A DNA stretch of 64,000 bases from Vicinamibacteria bacterium (GTDB lineage: Bacteria > Acidobacteriota > Vicinamibacteria > Marinacidobacterales > Marinacidobacteraceae): assembly GCA_964291235.2 (NCBI GenBank), contig OZ219815.1, positions 320,001 to 384,000 on the forward strand, read 5' to 3'. The translations under genes and the position numbers were made by a program. Each line of letters starts with the position of its first letter. Positions within the stretch are counted from its first letter, which is position 1. Positions 37,642-47,426 of this stretch are shown here, one piece after another. The notes beneath the pieces are model-generated. The model had not been told where the DNA came from. It saw only the letters and a list, made by a program, of their open reading frames with translations, and did no database searches.

Positions 37642-38688
37642 TCAGGAGGACGATTCGACGGGCTTGCCCCAATCCGTGTGCGGAGCCCGATTCCGGCCAA
37701 ACCACTGCCAGAGGAGCCTTCCGTAGCTGGTGGGACGGGCTCCGATCTCGTCGAAGAAGGGCCGCAACAGGAAGTGCAGCGCCCGGAGGTTGTAAAACGG
37801 CACCCGCGGGAAGTAGTGGTGTTCGAGGTGGTAGCCGGACCACAGGAAGGCCATGTCCCAGAACCGTGACGGGCGCAGCAGGCTCCCCCAGCGCGCCGGA
37901 TCTTCCGGCACGATGTCGTAGTGCTGGCCCAACCGGTTCACGGTGAAGGCGACGGGAAAGACCAGAAACACCGGAACGAGGTAGGCCTTCAACGCCGCGA
38001 AGAAGCCGCCGGCCGCGATCAGTCCCGCGATGATCGCCAGATGCCCCGCGACCGTGAGCGTCCGCTCCCGGGAGATGGCGCGCCGGATGTCCTCCGGGTA
38101 GCCGGCCGACTCCCGCCGGGCGGCGCGGAAATAGATCGGGATGAGCGCCGGGGTCAGGTAGAGGGCCTTGAACCAGCGGGCGTTTCGCTTTGGGGACAAC
38201 CAGTGCCGTTTCGGATCCGCCTCGGCGTCCCCGAGCTGGGCGTGATGATCGAGATGCCAGCGGGTGAACTGGGTTGCCGAGATTCCGCTCGGAAACGCGT
38301 ACAGGTGGCGGAGCACCCGGTGGCCGGCATGTCCGCCGGCCTCGAAGACGAGTTCGTGCACGACTTCGTGCAGCATCACCGTGAAGTTGAAGACCGTAAA
38401 CCCGACGACCAGAGCGGCCGGGATCCAGATCCACCAATCGGGAGCGAGCCAGGCGACCGCGCCCGCGCCGAAGAGCAGCAGGAACTGCCACCCCAGCACC
38501 AGGAAATGCAGGAGCGGCCGCCGCCGGTGCAGCCGGCGCAACTCCTCCGCGGGCACCGCCGCGGCCAGCCGGGCGCGAAGCTCACCCGTCCGATCGGCCC
38601 AGTACGAACGTCTTCTGGCTACGGGTTCCATGCCCTCCGGGCATGGTACTTCCGGGGCCGCCGCCCCGGCGTCCGCGGTGGGGCGCAC
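37642..38688 (-). CDS. membrane fatty acid desaturase family protein
   Basis: Three His boxes: HEVVH, HLDHH, HLEHH.FPRVP. Confidence 0.88.
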   Translation of the reverse strand: MRPTADAGAAAPEVPCPEGMEPVARRRSYWADRTGELRARLAAAVPAEELRRLHRRRPLLHFLVLGWQFLLLFGAGAVAWLAPDWWIWIPAALVVGFTVFNFTVMLHEVVHELVFEAGGHAGHRVLRHLYAFPSGISATQFTRWHLDHHAQLGDAEADPKRHWLSPKRNARWFKALYLTPALIPIYFRAARRESAGYPEDIRRAISRERTLTVAGHLAIIAGLIAAGGFFAALKAYLVPVFLVFPVAFTVNRLGQHYDIVPEDPARWGSLLRPSRFWDMAFLWSGYHLEHHYFPRVPFYNLRALHFLLRPFFDEIGARPTSYGRLLWQWFGRNRAPHTDWGKPVESSS

Positions 38689-38726
38689 TATGATCGTTTT
38701 CGGCCAGCCAACCCGGGAGGAACCTC

Positions 38727-40526
38727 ATCACCGCGCACCGCGCCCGTTCGTTCCCGCCCAGCCGGGCGCGCAGAGCAGCACCCGGGAGCGGCTCCGATCT
38801 GGCCGGCGCCTGCGGCCGCCTCGATGGGCGCGGATACCCGGCCTACCGGGATCTCGAGGGGGAATGGCGGCTCGGCGACGGGATCACGATGTTCGTGGAC
38901 CGGGTGGCCCGCGATCCCTTCGCACCCCCCTCGCGCATTCGGATTCGGATGGACGGGGCGGTTGCCGGCCTTTGCCCCGCCTTGTTCTCGAACCGGATCC
39001 GGCGGGTGGCCCTGGCCGATTTCCTGGCCCGCCAATTCCGCGCGGCGGTTCCCCGGTCCGGTAGTCCGACGGGTTCCGGCCACAGCGGGCAGATCCGCAT
39101 CGACGCGGGCGGCCAGGAGGCACTGGAACGCACCGCGGTCCGCGTTTCGGGGGATGCGGCCGGCCTGGACTTCGTCGAAGCCCGCATCGAGGTCGGCCTG
39201 CCGGCGGCCGGACGCCGCATCCTCGGGCGCCGGGCCGCGGACCTGCTGACCGGGGAACTCCCGAGGGTGGCCCGGAAGGCGCTCACCCGCGGGAGCCTCC
39301 CCGCGGGGGCGGCGGAGTCCTTTGTGGACACCATCGAAGAGCAGGAGCACCTGCGCGCCGAACTCAGCAGCCGGAAGCTCGTCGCGTTCGTGGCCGACGG
39401 GGCGCTTCTCCCCCGGGCGCACGGCGCGAGCGAACAACCGCTCCGGGGCGACGGGGTCGTCCCCTTCGAGAGCCCGGCCTCGCTGCGAACGAGCCTTCCC
39501 CTGCTCCATCCTGGAAGCGGTCCTCGCGAGATCTCCGGCATGGGCATTCCCGAGGGCGTGACCCTGATCGTGGGCGGCGGCTTCCACGGCAAGTCAACCC
39601 TGCTCCAGGCGCTTTCCCGCTCGGTGGCGCCGCACGTGCCGGGAGACGGACGGGAACGGGTCGCAACGCGCGGCGACGCGGTCACCATTCGCGCCGAGGA
39701 GGGGCGGGCGGTTGCTGCGGTGGACGTGAGTCCCTTCATCCGCGAACTGCCCGGAGGCCGGCCGACCGCCGCCTTCACCACCGAAAACGCCAGTGGCAGT
39801 ACCAGCCAGGCGGCCTCCATCGTCGAAGCGCTGGAGGCGGGTTCCCGACTCCTGCTCATGGACGAGGACACCTCCGCCACCAACCTGATGATTCGGGATG
39901 CCCGGATGCAGGCGCTGGTGGCGCGCGACGCGGAGCCCATCGTCGCCCTCCTCGATCGCGTGCGGGAACTCTTCGAAGACCACGGGGTCTCCACCATCCT
40001 GGTCATGGGGGGCTCCGGGGACTACTTCGACGCCGCCGACACCGTGATCCAGTTGGCGGACTACCACCCGCGCGAAGTCACCGCCCGGGCGCGCGACGTC
40101 GCCGCGCAGTTCCCGACCCGCCGGTCAGCAGAGGCCGGCGCCGCCGGATTCTGCCGGCAGGCCCGGTGTCCTGATCCGCGGAGCTTCGATCCCGCCGGGC
40201 GCAAGGGGAGCCCGCGAATCCGGGCGACCCGCCGTGATCTCCTGCTCTACGGAGCGGAGGAAGTGGACCTCAGGGCGGTGGAACAGTTGTTCGACGAGAG
40301 CCAGACGCGGGCCGCCGGGTACGCTTTGGCCACCGCCGCGGGAGATCTCGCCGGCCGCTCGGTGGGCGGACTGCTCGACGCCCTCGAAGCCCGGCTCGAC
40401 GAGGCGGGGCTCGAATCCCTCACCCCCGAGGGCCGCGCGGGCGCGCATCCCGGCCGCCTTGCCCGTCCCCGGCGCTACGAAATCGCCGCCGCGCTGAACC
40501 GGCTGCGGCGGGGCCGTTTCACGTGA
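38727..40526 (+). CDS. ABC-ATPase domain-containing protein (P-loop, PF09818-like); start non-canonical
   Basis: RLDGRGYPAYRDL, DPFAPPSR, GGGFHGKST, ASGSTSQA, LLMDEDTSATN, PRRYEIAAALNRLR. Confidence 0.85.
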   Translation: MTAHRARSFPPSRARRAAPGSGSDLAGACGRLDGRGYPAYRDLEGEWRLGDGITMFVDRVARDPFAPPSRIRIRMDGAVAGLCPALFSNRIRRVALADFLARQFRAAVPRSGSPTGSGHSGQIRIDAGGQEALERTAVRVSGDAAGLDFVEARIEVGLPAAGRRILGRRAADLLTGELPRVARKALTRGSLPAGAAESFVDTIEEQEHLRAELSSRKLVAFVADGALLPRAHGASEQPLRGDGVVPFESPASLRTSLPLLHPGSGPREISGMGIPEGVTLIVGGGFHGKSTLLQALSRSVAPHVPGDGRERVATRGDAVTIRAEEGRAVAAVDVSPFIRELPGGRPTAAFTTENASGSTSQAASIVEALEAGSRLLLMDEDTSATNLMIRDARMQALVARDAEPIVALLDRVRELFEDHGVSTILVMGGSGDYFDAADTVIQLADYHPREVTARARDVAAQFPTRRSAEAGAAGFCRQARCPDPRSFDPAGRKGSPRIRATRRDLLLYGAEEVDLRAVEQLFDESQTRAAGYALATAAGDLAGRSVGGLLDALEARLDEAGLESLTPEGRAGAHPGRLARPRRYEIAAALNRLRRGRFT

Positions 40527-40572
40527 GCCAGCCGGCTCGCAACCAGCCAATCGCTCCCCAGGAGGAATCGAC

Positions 40573-41511
40573 ATGTCCAGGAAAACCCTCGCCCTTGCCG
40601 TCATCGGAGCCATCCTCGGCGCGCTCTTGACGGCGGGTCCCCTCAGCGCCCAGACGAACCCGCTCCGGGGCGAAGCGAAGATCAAGAACTACCTGCCGCA
40701 CATGAGCTGGACGGAGGTGGAGGATCTCCTCACCCGCACCGACATGGTGCTCATGCCGGTGGGTTCCCTCGAGCAGCACGGGCCGCACCTCCCGATCGGC
40801 ACCGACTTCCTGAACGGTATGGAGCGCGCCAAGCTCGTGGCCCAGCGCACCGACGTGCTGGTGGCCCCGATCCTCTTCGTGGGCAACGCGCCCTATCACC
40901 TGGGCTTTCCGGGAACGGTCAGCCTGCCGGCCGAAACGATCCAGCAGGTCTATTTCGAGGCCGCGCAGAGCCTGATGCGGCACGGCTTCCGGCGGTTCCT
41001 GATCCTGAACTCGCACGGGGGCAATCGCGTCATCTCTCAGTACATCGCCGACCGCATCAACCACGAGACGGAGGGGATCGCCGTCGAACTCGGGGCGGCG
41101 TCAGGACCGTTTCGCGAGGAGACCCCTTCGGAGTCCCCTTCCGAGGAGACCGTTTTCGATCGACACGGAGGCGTGGGCGAGACGTCCAGCTCGCTCTACC
41201 TCATCCCCGATCTCGTGGATCTGGCAAGGGCGCGGACCGCGACCCTCACCATGCCGGAGCACCTCGAACGGATGGTTCCCGAGGTGGTCGCGGGCGATCC
41301 CACCGCGCTGAGGGTGTTTCTTGCCGAGAACCTGAAGGCCGAGGAGACCGGCAAGGGCACGTCCGCCCGGGAAGTCACCGATACCGGTGTCTGGAGCGTG
41401 CGCGATCTGGAGGCATCGAGCGTGGAGCGCGGGCGGCGGGAGGCCGAAGCGTTCATCGATGCCGCGGTCGCGTTCATCGAACGCTGGAAGGAACTGAGGC
41501 CGCGGGAGTGA
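40573..41511 (+). CDS. creatininase family protein, secreted
   Basis: PVGSLEQHGPHLPIGTD, FPGT, NSHGGN, HGGVGETS. Confidence 0.9.
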   Translation: MSRKTLALAVIGAILGALLTAGPLSAQTNPLRGEAKIKNYLPHMSWTEVEDLLTRTDMVLMPVGSLEQHGPHLPIGTDFLNGMERAKLVAQRTDVLVAPILFVGNAPYHLGFPGTVSLPAETIQQVYFEAAQSLMRHGFRRFLILNSHGGNRVISQYIADRINHETEGIAVELGAASGPFREETPSESPSEETVFDRHGGVGETSSSLYLIPDLVDLARARTATLTMPEHLERMVPEVVAGDPTALRVFLAENLKAEETGKGTSAREVTDTGVWSVRDLEASSVERGRREAEAFIDAAVAFIERWKELRPRE

Positions 41512-41571
41512 TCGCTTCCGAGGCGTGAGCCCACAGGCTGCTAGCTTTCCCACCCTCCGAAGGACGACCCC

Positions 41572-42993
41572 ATGACCCCCATCCCCACCCACGGCCTGCT
41601 CCTGGCCGTCCCGCTGGCTGGCGCCGCGTGCTCCGGTGCCGAGGCGCCCGTCGCGCAGCCGGCCGAGCGCCTGCTGATCGACGGGGGCACGGTCGTGGTC
41701 ATGGACGAGACCGGGACGATCCTGGAAGGCGGCGCGGTCCTGATCGAGGGAGACCGGATCGTGGGTCTATTCGACCGGGCGGCGCCCCGGCCGGCCGGAA
41801 TCCCCACGCTCGATGCGACCGGCCAACTGGTCATTCCCGGCCTCATCAACACCCACGGGCACGCCGCCATGTCGCTGCTCCGGGGGCTCGCCGACGACCT
41901 GCCGCTGATGGACTGGCTGGAGCAGAACATCTTCCCGGCCGAAGCTGCACTGGTCGCCCCCGATTTCGTCTATTGGGGGACGCTCCTCTCCTCCATCGAG
42001 ATGCTGAAGAGCGGGACCACCACCTTCGCCGACATGTACTACTTCCGGGACGAGGTGGCGCGCGCCACCATCGAGGCGGGGATCCGGGCGGTGGTCGGCC
42101 CGCACGTGATCGGTTTTCCCACCCCCGATTTCGCGACTCCCGAGGCATCGCTCGCCGAGGCGGACGCGTTCTTCGAGAAATACGCGGGCCATCCGCTCCT
42201 CATTCCGGGATCCGCGGCCCACGCCCTCTACACCACCCCGCTGGAACCCACGAAGGCGGCCTTCGACGTTGCCGAGCGCCACGGCGCCCCCTTCCAGATC
42301 CATGCCGTGGAAGCGCGGGACGAAGACGAGCGGATCCAGGCGGCGATCGGCATGCGCACCATCGAGGCCCTTGAATCGATCGGGGCACTGCGGCCGGGCA
42401 CCGTGCTGGCCCACGGGACCTACCTCTCGGACGAGGACATCCAGCGGGTCGCGGCGTCCGGCGCCGGTGTCGCCCATAACCCGGAGAGCAACATGAAGCT
42501 CGGAGCGGACCGGGCGGCGCCCGTCGAGGCGCTCCTCGCCGCCGGGGTTCCGGTGGGACTCGGCACCGACGGGCCGGCGAGCAACAACGATCTCGACATG
42601 TTCGGGGAAATGGACACCGCCGCCAAGCTCCACAAGTTCGCGACCGGCGACCCGACGTCGCTACCCGCCGAAACGGTGTTCCGGATGGCCACCACGGGCG
42701 GCGCCCGGGTGCTCAACCAGCAGAACGAGATCGGGTCGCTCGAAGTCGGCAAGCGCGCCGACATCGTGCTGGTGGAGACCCGGCGCGCCGGGATGACGCC
42801 GCTCTACCGTCCCTACTCCCACCTCGTGTACGTCACCCGGGGAAGCGACGTCCGCACCGTGCTGGTGAACGGGAAAATCGTGGTGCGGGACGGCGAGATC
42901 ACCACGGTGGACGAGGATGCGGTGATGGAGAAGGCCCGGGGCTTCGCCGATCAGGTGCGCGAGGCGGTGGCCGAAGTCAAATCGGCGCGGTAG
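41572..42993 (+). CDS. amidohydrolase (MTA/SAH deaminase-like), lipoprotein
   Basis: PGLINTHGH, GTTTFADMY, HNPESNMKL, GTDGPASNN, GKRADI. Confidence 0.9.
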   Translation: MTPIPTHGLLLAVPLAGAACSGAEAPVAQPAERLLIDGGTVVVMDETGTILEGGAVLIEGDRIVGLFDRAAPRPAGIPTLDATGQLVIPGLINTHGHAAMSLLRGLADDLPLMDWLEQNIFPAEAALVAPDFVYWGTLLSSIEMLKSGTTTFADMYYFRDEVARATIEAGIRAVVGPHVIGFPTPDFATPEASLAEADAFFEKYAGHPLLIPGSAAHALYTTPLEPTKAAFDVAERHGAPFQIHAVEARDEDERIQAAIGMRTIEALESIGALRPGTVLAHGTYLSDEDIQRVAASGAGVAHNPESNMKLGADRAAPVEALLAAGVPVGLGTDGPASNNDLDMFGEMDTAAKLHKFATGDPTSLPAETVFRMATTGGARVLNQQNEIGSLEVGKRADIVLVETRRAGMTPLYRPYSHLVYVTRGSDVRTVLVNGKIVVRDGEITTVDEDAVMEKARGFADQVREAVAEVKSAR

Positions 42994-43016
42994 CGCCAGC
43001 ATTGAGGAGACAGCGA

Positions 43017-44090
43017 ATGACCCAGCGGAACCTGCGGTGGGCGCACCTGGCGGCGGCCGTGCTGTTCGGTGGCTACGGAGCGGGAGCTCTGGCGGGCTGC
43101 GCCACCGGTGACGGCGACGAGACGGAGCCGGGAGCCGGCGACGAGCGGGCGGACGCGGGGACCGCGCTCTCCTTCCCGGCCGAGCCCCCGGACGGGCCGA
43201 TGCCGGAGATCGGACCGGCGCCCGAGGACTACGTCCCGACGGCCGCCGGGGCGCCCGCCACCGACATCTGGCTGGGAACCCTCGTCTCGGACGGCGGCGC
43301 GCTCTCGATCTCCGACCTGGAGCCGGCGACCGACCGCGACGGCTACGACAACCAGCCCAGCTTCCTCCTCGACGGCTCGGCCATCCTCCACACGGCGGCG
43401 CTGGACCGGCGCCAGACCGAAATCATGCGCCTTGGGATGACCTCCCGAACGGGATCCGGCGCCGGCCCCGGAGCCTCCGAGCAGGTGACACACACGGAGG
43501 GGGCCAGCGAGTTCTCGGCGATCCAGATCCCGGGACAGGAGGCCTTTTCCGCGATCCACGAAATCCGCGGCAAGCAGTACCTGTGGCGCTACGACCTCTC
43601 CGGTGAAGCGGTGGGGCCGATCTTCGCCACCGCCGAGCCGGTCGGGTACCACGCGTGGGCCAACGAACACATCGTCGCGATGTTCATCCTCGGCGATCCG
43701 GCCACCCTCCAGGTCGGGGACGCGCTGAGCGGGGAGATCCGGATCGTCGCCGAGCGTCCGGGCCGGTCCATTCACCGGATTCCGGGGACGGAGGAGGTCT
43801 CCTTCGTCCGCAAGGTCTCGGACGAGGAGTGGTGGATCGAACGCCTCGACCCCGCCACCGGAACCGCGATGCGGATCACGCGAACGCTGCCGGGCCGTGA
43901 GGACTACGCGTGGACGCCCGCGGGCGAAATCCTGATGGGCGACGACTCGCGCCTGTTCGCCTGGTCGGAGGGTTCGGACTGGGCGGAGATCGCCGACTTC
44001 TCGGCCCTCGGCGTCGAGGGCATTACCCGTCTCGCGGTGAGCCCGGACGGCACCCGGGTCGCGATCGTCGCCAACCGCCCGGGCGGCTGA
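43017..44090 (+). CDS. TolB-like beta-propeller lipoprotein
   Basis: Lipobox LAGC; GYDNQPSF, VGYHAW, RLAVSPDG. Confidence 0.75.
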   Translation: MTQRNLRWAHLAAAVLFGGYGAGALAGCATGDGDETEPGAGDERADAGTALSFPAEPPDGPMPEIGPAPEDYVPTAAGAPATDIWLGTLVSDGGALSISDLEPATDRDGYDNQPSFLLDGSAILHTAALDRRQTEIMRLGMTSRTGSGAGPGASEQVTHTEGASEFSAIQIPGQEAFSAIHEIRGKQYLWRYDLSGEAVGPIFATAEPVGYHAWANEHIVAMFILGDPATLQVGDALSGEIRIVAERPGRSIHRIPGTEEVSFVRKVSDEEWWIERLDPATGTAMRITRTLPGREDYAWTPAGEILMGDDSRLFAWSEGSDWAEIADFSALGVEGITRLAVSPDGTRVAIVANRPGG

Positions 44091-44166
44091 GCCGTTCCCG
44101 CGGGAACGCGGCGACGCCGGCCGGAAGGCCGCCGGCGCGTGTTACCCGGCCTGTCGCCCCGGCCGG

Positions 44167-44946
44167 CTACTTGCCTCTGACTTCGGCGAGGAGTTCCAGC
44201 ACCTCGTCGTGGAGGGCGCCGTTCGTGCTCAGCGCGTTTGGGCCGTGGATCGTGCGGTTGCCGTCCCAGTCGGTGAACCGGCCCCCCGCCTCCTCGAGGA
44301 TCGGCAGGAAGGGGCTCGAGTCCCAGGCCTTCATCTCCGGATCGAGGCCGATTTCAGAACGTCCGGTGCAGACCAGTGCGTGCCCGAAGGCGTCGCCCCA
44401 GGTCCGCCGGACCGCGCCCTTCGCGCCCACCGCGTCCCAGATGGGGCCGATGGTCGCGGGATCGGTGGTGGTGGCAAGCGCGTTCACGATCTCGGTCACT
44501 TGAGAGACCCGCGCCGGCCGGCCGTTCCAAAACGCCCCCTCTCCCCTGGCGCCGGTGACCATTTCGCCGAGCCCGGCGATGTTGCAGACGCCCACTACCG
44601 CCTCGCCCGCGATCTCGAGGCCGATCAGCATCCCGAACAGCGGCACCCCGTGAATGAACGAGGTCGTGCCGTCGATCGGATCGAGAATCCAGCGATGGGT
44701 CGGGTCCGATCCCGATTCGCCGTCCTCTTCTCCGAGGATGCGGTGCCCCGGGAACCGGGCCTCGATCCGCTTCCGCAGGAGCCTTTCGCCGGCGATGTCC
44801 GCCTCGGTGACCGGGGTGCGGTCCGGCTTCGTGGTAACGCCTACCCCGACCTGAAAGTGGCGCATGATGAGGCGCCCGGCCTCCCAGCCGATCTCGGTAG
44901 CGAAATCAAGCAACTCGCGGGTGCTGGCCGGGGATCTGTGGTTCAT
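44167..44946 (-). CDS. hisN: inositol monophosphatase family, HisN-like histidinol-phosphatase
   Basis: TPVTEAD, LGEE, WILDPIDGT.SFIHGVPLFG, RTWGD, WD..EEAGG. Confidence 0.8.
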   Translation of the reverse strand: MNHRSPASTRELLDFATEIGWEAGRLIMRHFQVGVGVTTKPDRTPVTEADIAGERLLRKRIEARFPGHRILGEEDGESGSDPTHRWILDPIDGTTSFIHGVPLFGMLIGLEIAGEAVVGVCNIAGLGEMVTGARGEGAFWNGRPARVSQVTEIVNALATTTDPATIGPIWDAVGAKGAVRRTWGDAFGHALVCTGRSEIGLDPEMKAWDSSPFLPILEEAGGRFTDWDGNRTIHGPNALSTNGALHDEVLELLAEVRGK

Positions 44947-45127
44947 GGGCTCGGGAATCTCCTCTCGCGCGGCGCGAACTATGTCACGGCAAGCCTGCCG
45001 GAACGGTCCGGCGCGGCGCCTTGAACCGCGATGTGCCCCCCCTTTCATCGGCCTCTTTCCGGCGGTTCACGAACGCGCCCCATCCAAGGATGCGCCGAAG
45101 GCTCCGGCGAAGTAAATTTGACCGGTT

Positions 45128-47383
45128 ATGCGCTCCCCGGCTATCCCCCTGTTCGTCCTCGGCGCCCTGCCCCTCGCGGCCGGGTTCGGCCTGGGCGCTG
45201 AAGAAGAAACCGCCAGCGGCGTCCGGATCGGACGGGCCGCGCCAACCATCGAGGCGCCGGCGATCGACGGCCGTCTCGACGAGGACGTCTGGGCGGCCGC
45301 CGAACCGCTGACCGACTTCGTACAGGCCGACCCTTTTGAAGGAGAGCCGGCCAGCGAGCGCACCGAAGTCCGGATCCTCTTCGATGAGGAGGCCGTCTAC
45401 ATCGGCGCCATGCTCTACGACAGCGACCCGTCGGGAATCATCGCCAGCGACGCGCGCCGCGACTCCGGGATGGACGATACAGACTCCTTCCGGGTCGTTT
45501 TCGACACCTACCACGACCTGCAGAACGGCTTCGTCTTCGGGACCACCCCGGCGGGGCTCGAGTACGACGGCCAATTGAGCAACGCCGGCGGCGGAGGCGG
45601 CGGGGGGGGCGGTGGTCCCCAGATGCGGCGTGCCGGCACCGGCTCCGGGGGCGGCTTCAACGTGAACTGGGACGCGAGCTGGACGGTGGCAACGGCGATT
45701 ACCGATGAGGGCTGGTCCGCCGAATTCGCGATCCCGCTGCGCACCCTGCGCTACGGCTCGAGTCCCCAGACCTGGGGGATCAACTTCCACCGCAACATCC
45801 GCCGGAAACGTGAGGACGACTATTGGTCTCCGGTTTCCCGGATCTACAACCTCTACCGGCTTTCGTCGGCAGGCGAACTCCACGGGCTCGAACTGCAAAG
45901 CCCCCGGAACTTCAAGGTCACGCCGTACGCGCTGGGCGCCGCCGGGCGCGACTACGCCGTGGAAGTGGAAGGCCAGACGAACACCGACTTCGGAGTGGAC
46001 GCCAAGGTCGGCATCACCCCGGCCCTCAACGTGGACCTCACCTACAACACCGACTTCGCCCAGGTGGAGGTGGACGACCAGCAGATCAACCTGTCCCGCT
46101 TCAACCTCTTCTTCCCGGAGAAGCGTCCCTTCTTCCTCGAAAACGCCGGCAACTTCTCGATGGGCCAGGGGAGTTCGGTGGATCTGTTCTTCAGCCGCCG
46201 GATCGGAATCGGACCCGGGGGCGCGCCGGTGCCGATCCTTGGGGGCGCCCGGCTGTCAGGCAAGGCCGGCGACTACAACCTGGGTTTCCTGAACATGCAG
46301 ACCCAGGAGGTCGCCGGGGTGGTCGCCGCCAACAACTTCTCGGTGATGAGCCTGAGCCGGGAGTTCGGCGAGCGTTCCTCGCTCGGCGCCATGTTCGTAA
46401 ACCGGATGGGCACGAGCGGCATCGACTCCGAGAACGACTGGAACCGGACCTGGGGTGTGGACGGCCGGCTCGGCATCGGCGAAACCCTCACCTTCACGGG
46501 CTTCGCGGCGCGGACGGAGACCCCGGGCTACGAACTCCTCGACGGCGGAGAGTACGCCTACATGGGGCGCGGCGAGTATTTCCGCCGGGATCTCCGGCTC
46601 TGGTTCGGCATGAGCGAGGTCGCCGCCAACTTCAACCCCGAAGTGGGGTTCCTCCGCCGCCAGGCCTACCGCAGTTACGACTACGGCTACTTCGGCTACT
46701 ACCGGCCGGCGTTTCTCCAGGAACTGCCGATGCCCATCCGGGAACTGCGGCCGCACATCACCTACTCGGGCTTCCAGACACTGGAAGGCTTCCTCGAGAC
46801 GAGCCGGCTGCACGTGGACAGCCACGTCGACTTCGAGAACGGCGCTCACCTCAGCCCGGCGATGAACCGCATCGTGGAGGGGCTCCAGGAGCCCTTCGAG
46901 ATTCGCGAGGGCATCGTGATCCCGCCCGGCACCTACGAGCACTGGCAGCTCGGCTGGCGGTGGAACACGAACCGCGCCGCCCCGTTCTCCTACAGCGGCG
47001 GGCTCGACTACGGCGGATTCCTCTCCGGAGAGCAACGCACCCTGGACACCACCATCAACTACCGCTGGGGTACCCGGCTCATCACCGCCGCCGCGTGGCT
47101 CTACAACGACATCGAGCTCGCCGAAGGGAGCTTCGTGGCGAACCTCGGCCAGTTCCGGGTGGCTTACAACTTCACCCCGCTGATCTACCTGCAGGCGCTC
47201 GTCCAGTACAACGACGACGCCGACATCTGGTCCTCGAACGTCCGTTTCAGCTGGCTGAACACCGCCGGCACGGGCCTCTTTCTCGTTTACAACGACACCG
47301 AGGGACTCGGCGACGTGCTGATCGGACCCCAGAACCGCAGCCTGACGGTCAAGTACACCCGCCAGTTCGACATCTTCCGGTGA
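45128..47383 (+). CDS. CBM9-like + DUF5916 outer-membrane protein
   Basis: IDGRLDE..W, GWSAEFAIPLRTLRY, NTDFAQVEVD, FFPEKRPFFLE, LFFSRRIG; amphipathic beta-strand C-terminus. Confidence 0.85.
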   Translation: MRSPAIPLFVLGALPLAAGFGLGAEEETASGVRIGRAAPTIEAPAIDGRLDEDVWAAAEPLTDFVQADPFEGEPASERTEVRILFDEEAVYIGAMLYDSDPSGIIASDARRDSGMDDTDSFRVVFDTYHDLQNGFVFGTTPAGLEYDGQLSNAGGGGGGGGGGPQMRRAGTGSGGGFNVNWDASWTVATAITDEGWSAEFAIPLRTLRYGSSPQTWGINFHRNIRRKREDDYWSPVSRIYNLYRLSSAGELHGLELQSPRNFKVTPYALGAAGRDYAVEVEGQTNTDFGVDAKVGITPALNVDLTYNTDFAQVEVDDQQINLSRFNLFFPEKRPFFLENAGNFSMGQGSSVDLFFSRRIGIGPGGAPVPILGGARLSGKAGDYNLGFLNMQTQEVAGVVAANNFSVMSLSREFGERSSLGAMFVNRMGTSGIDSENDWNRTWGVDGRLGIGETLTFTGFAARTETPGYELLDGGEYAYMGRGEYFRRDLRLWFGMSEVAANFNPEVGFLRRQAYRSYDYGYFGYYRPAFLQELPMPIRELRPHITYSGFQTLEGFLETSRLHVDSHVDFENGAHLSPAMNRIVEGLQEPFEIREGIVIPPGTYEHWQLGWRWNTNRAAPFSYSGGLDYGGFLSGEQRTLDTTINYRWGTRLITAAAWLYNDIELAEGSFVANLGQFRVAYNFTPLIYLQALVQYNDDADIWSSNVRFSWLNTAGTGLFLVYNDTEGLGDVLIGPQNRSLTVKYTRQFDIFR

Positions 47384-47426
47384 CCCCGGAAGGGCTCCCG
47401 GAAACGATCGAAGCCGGTAGCCGGCG

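Noticed and set aside
45586-45617. G-rich tract as a phase-variation site
   Set aside because: In-frame poly-Gly linker with mixed codons; reading frame intact.
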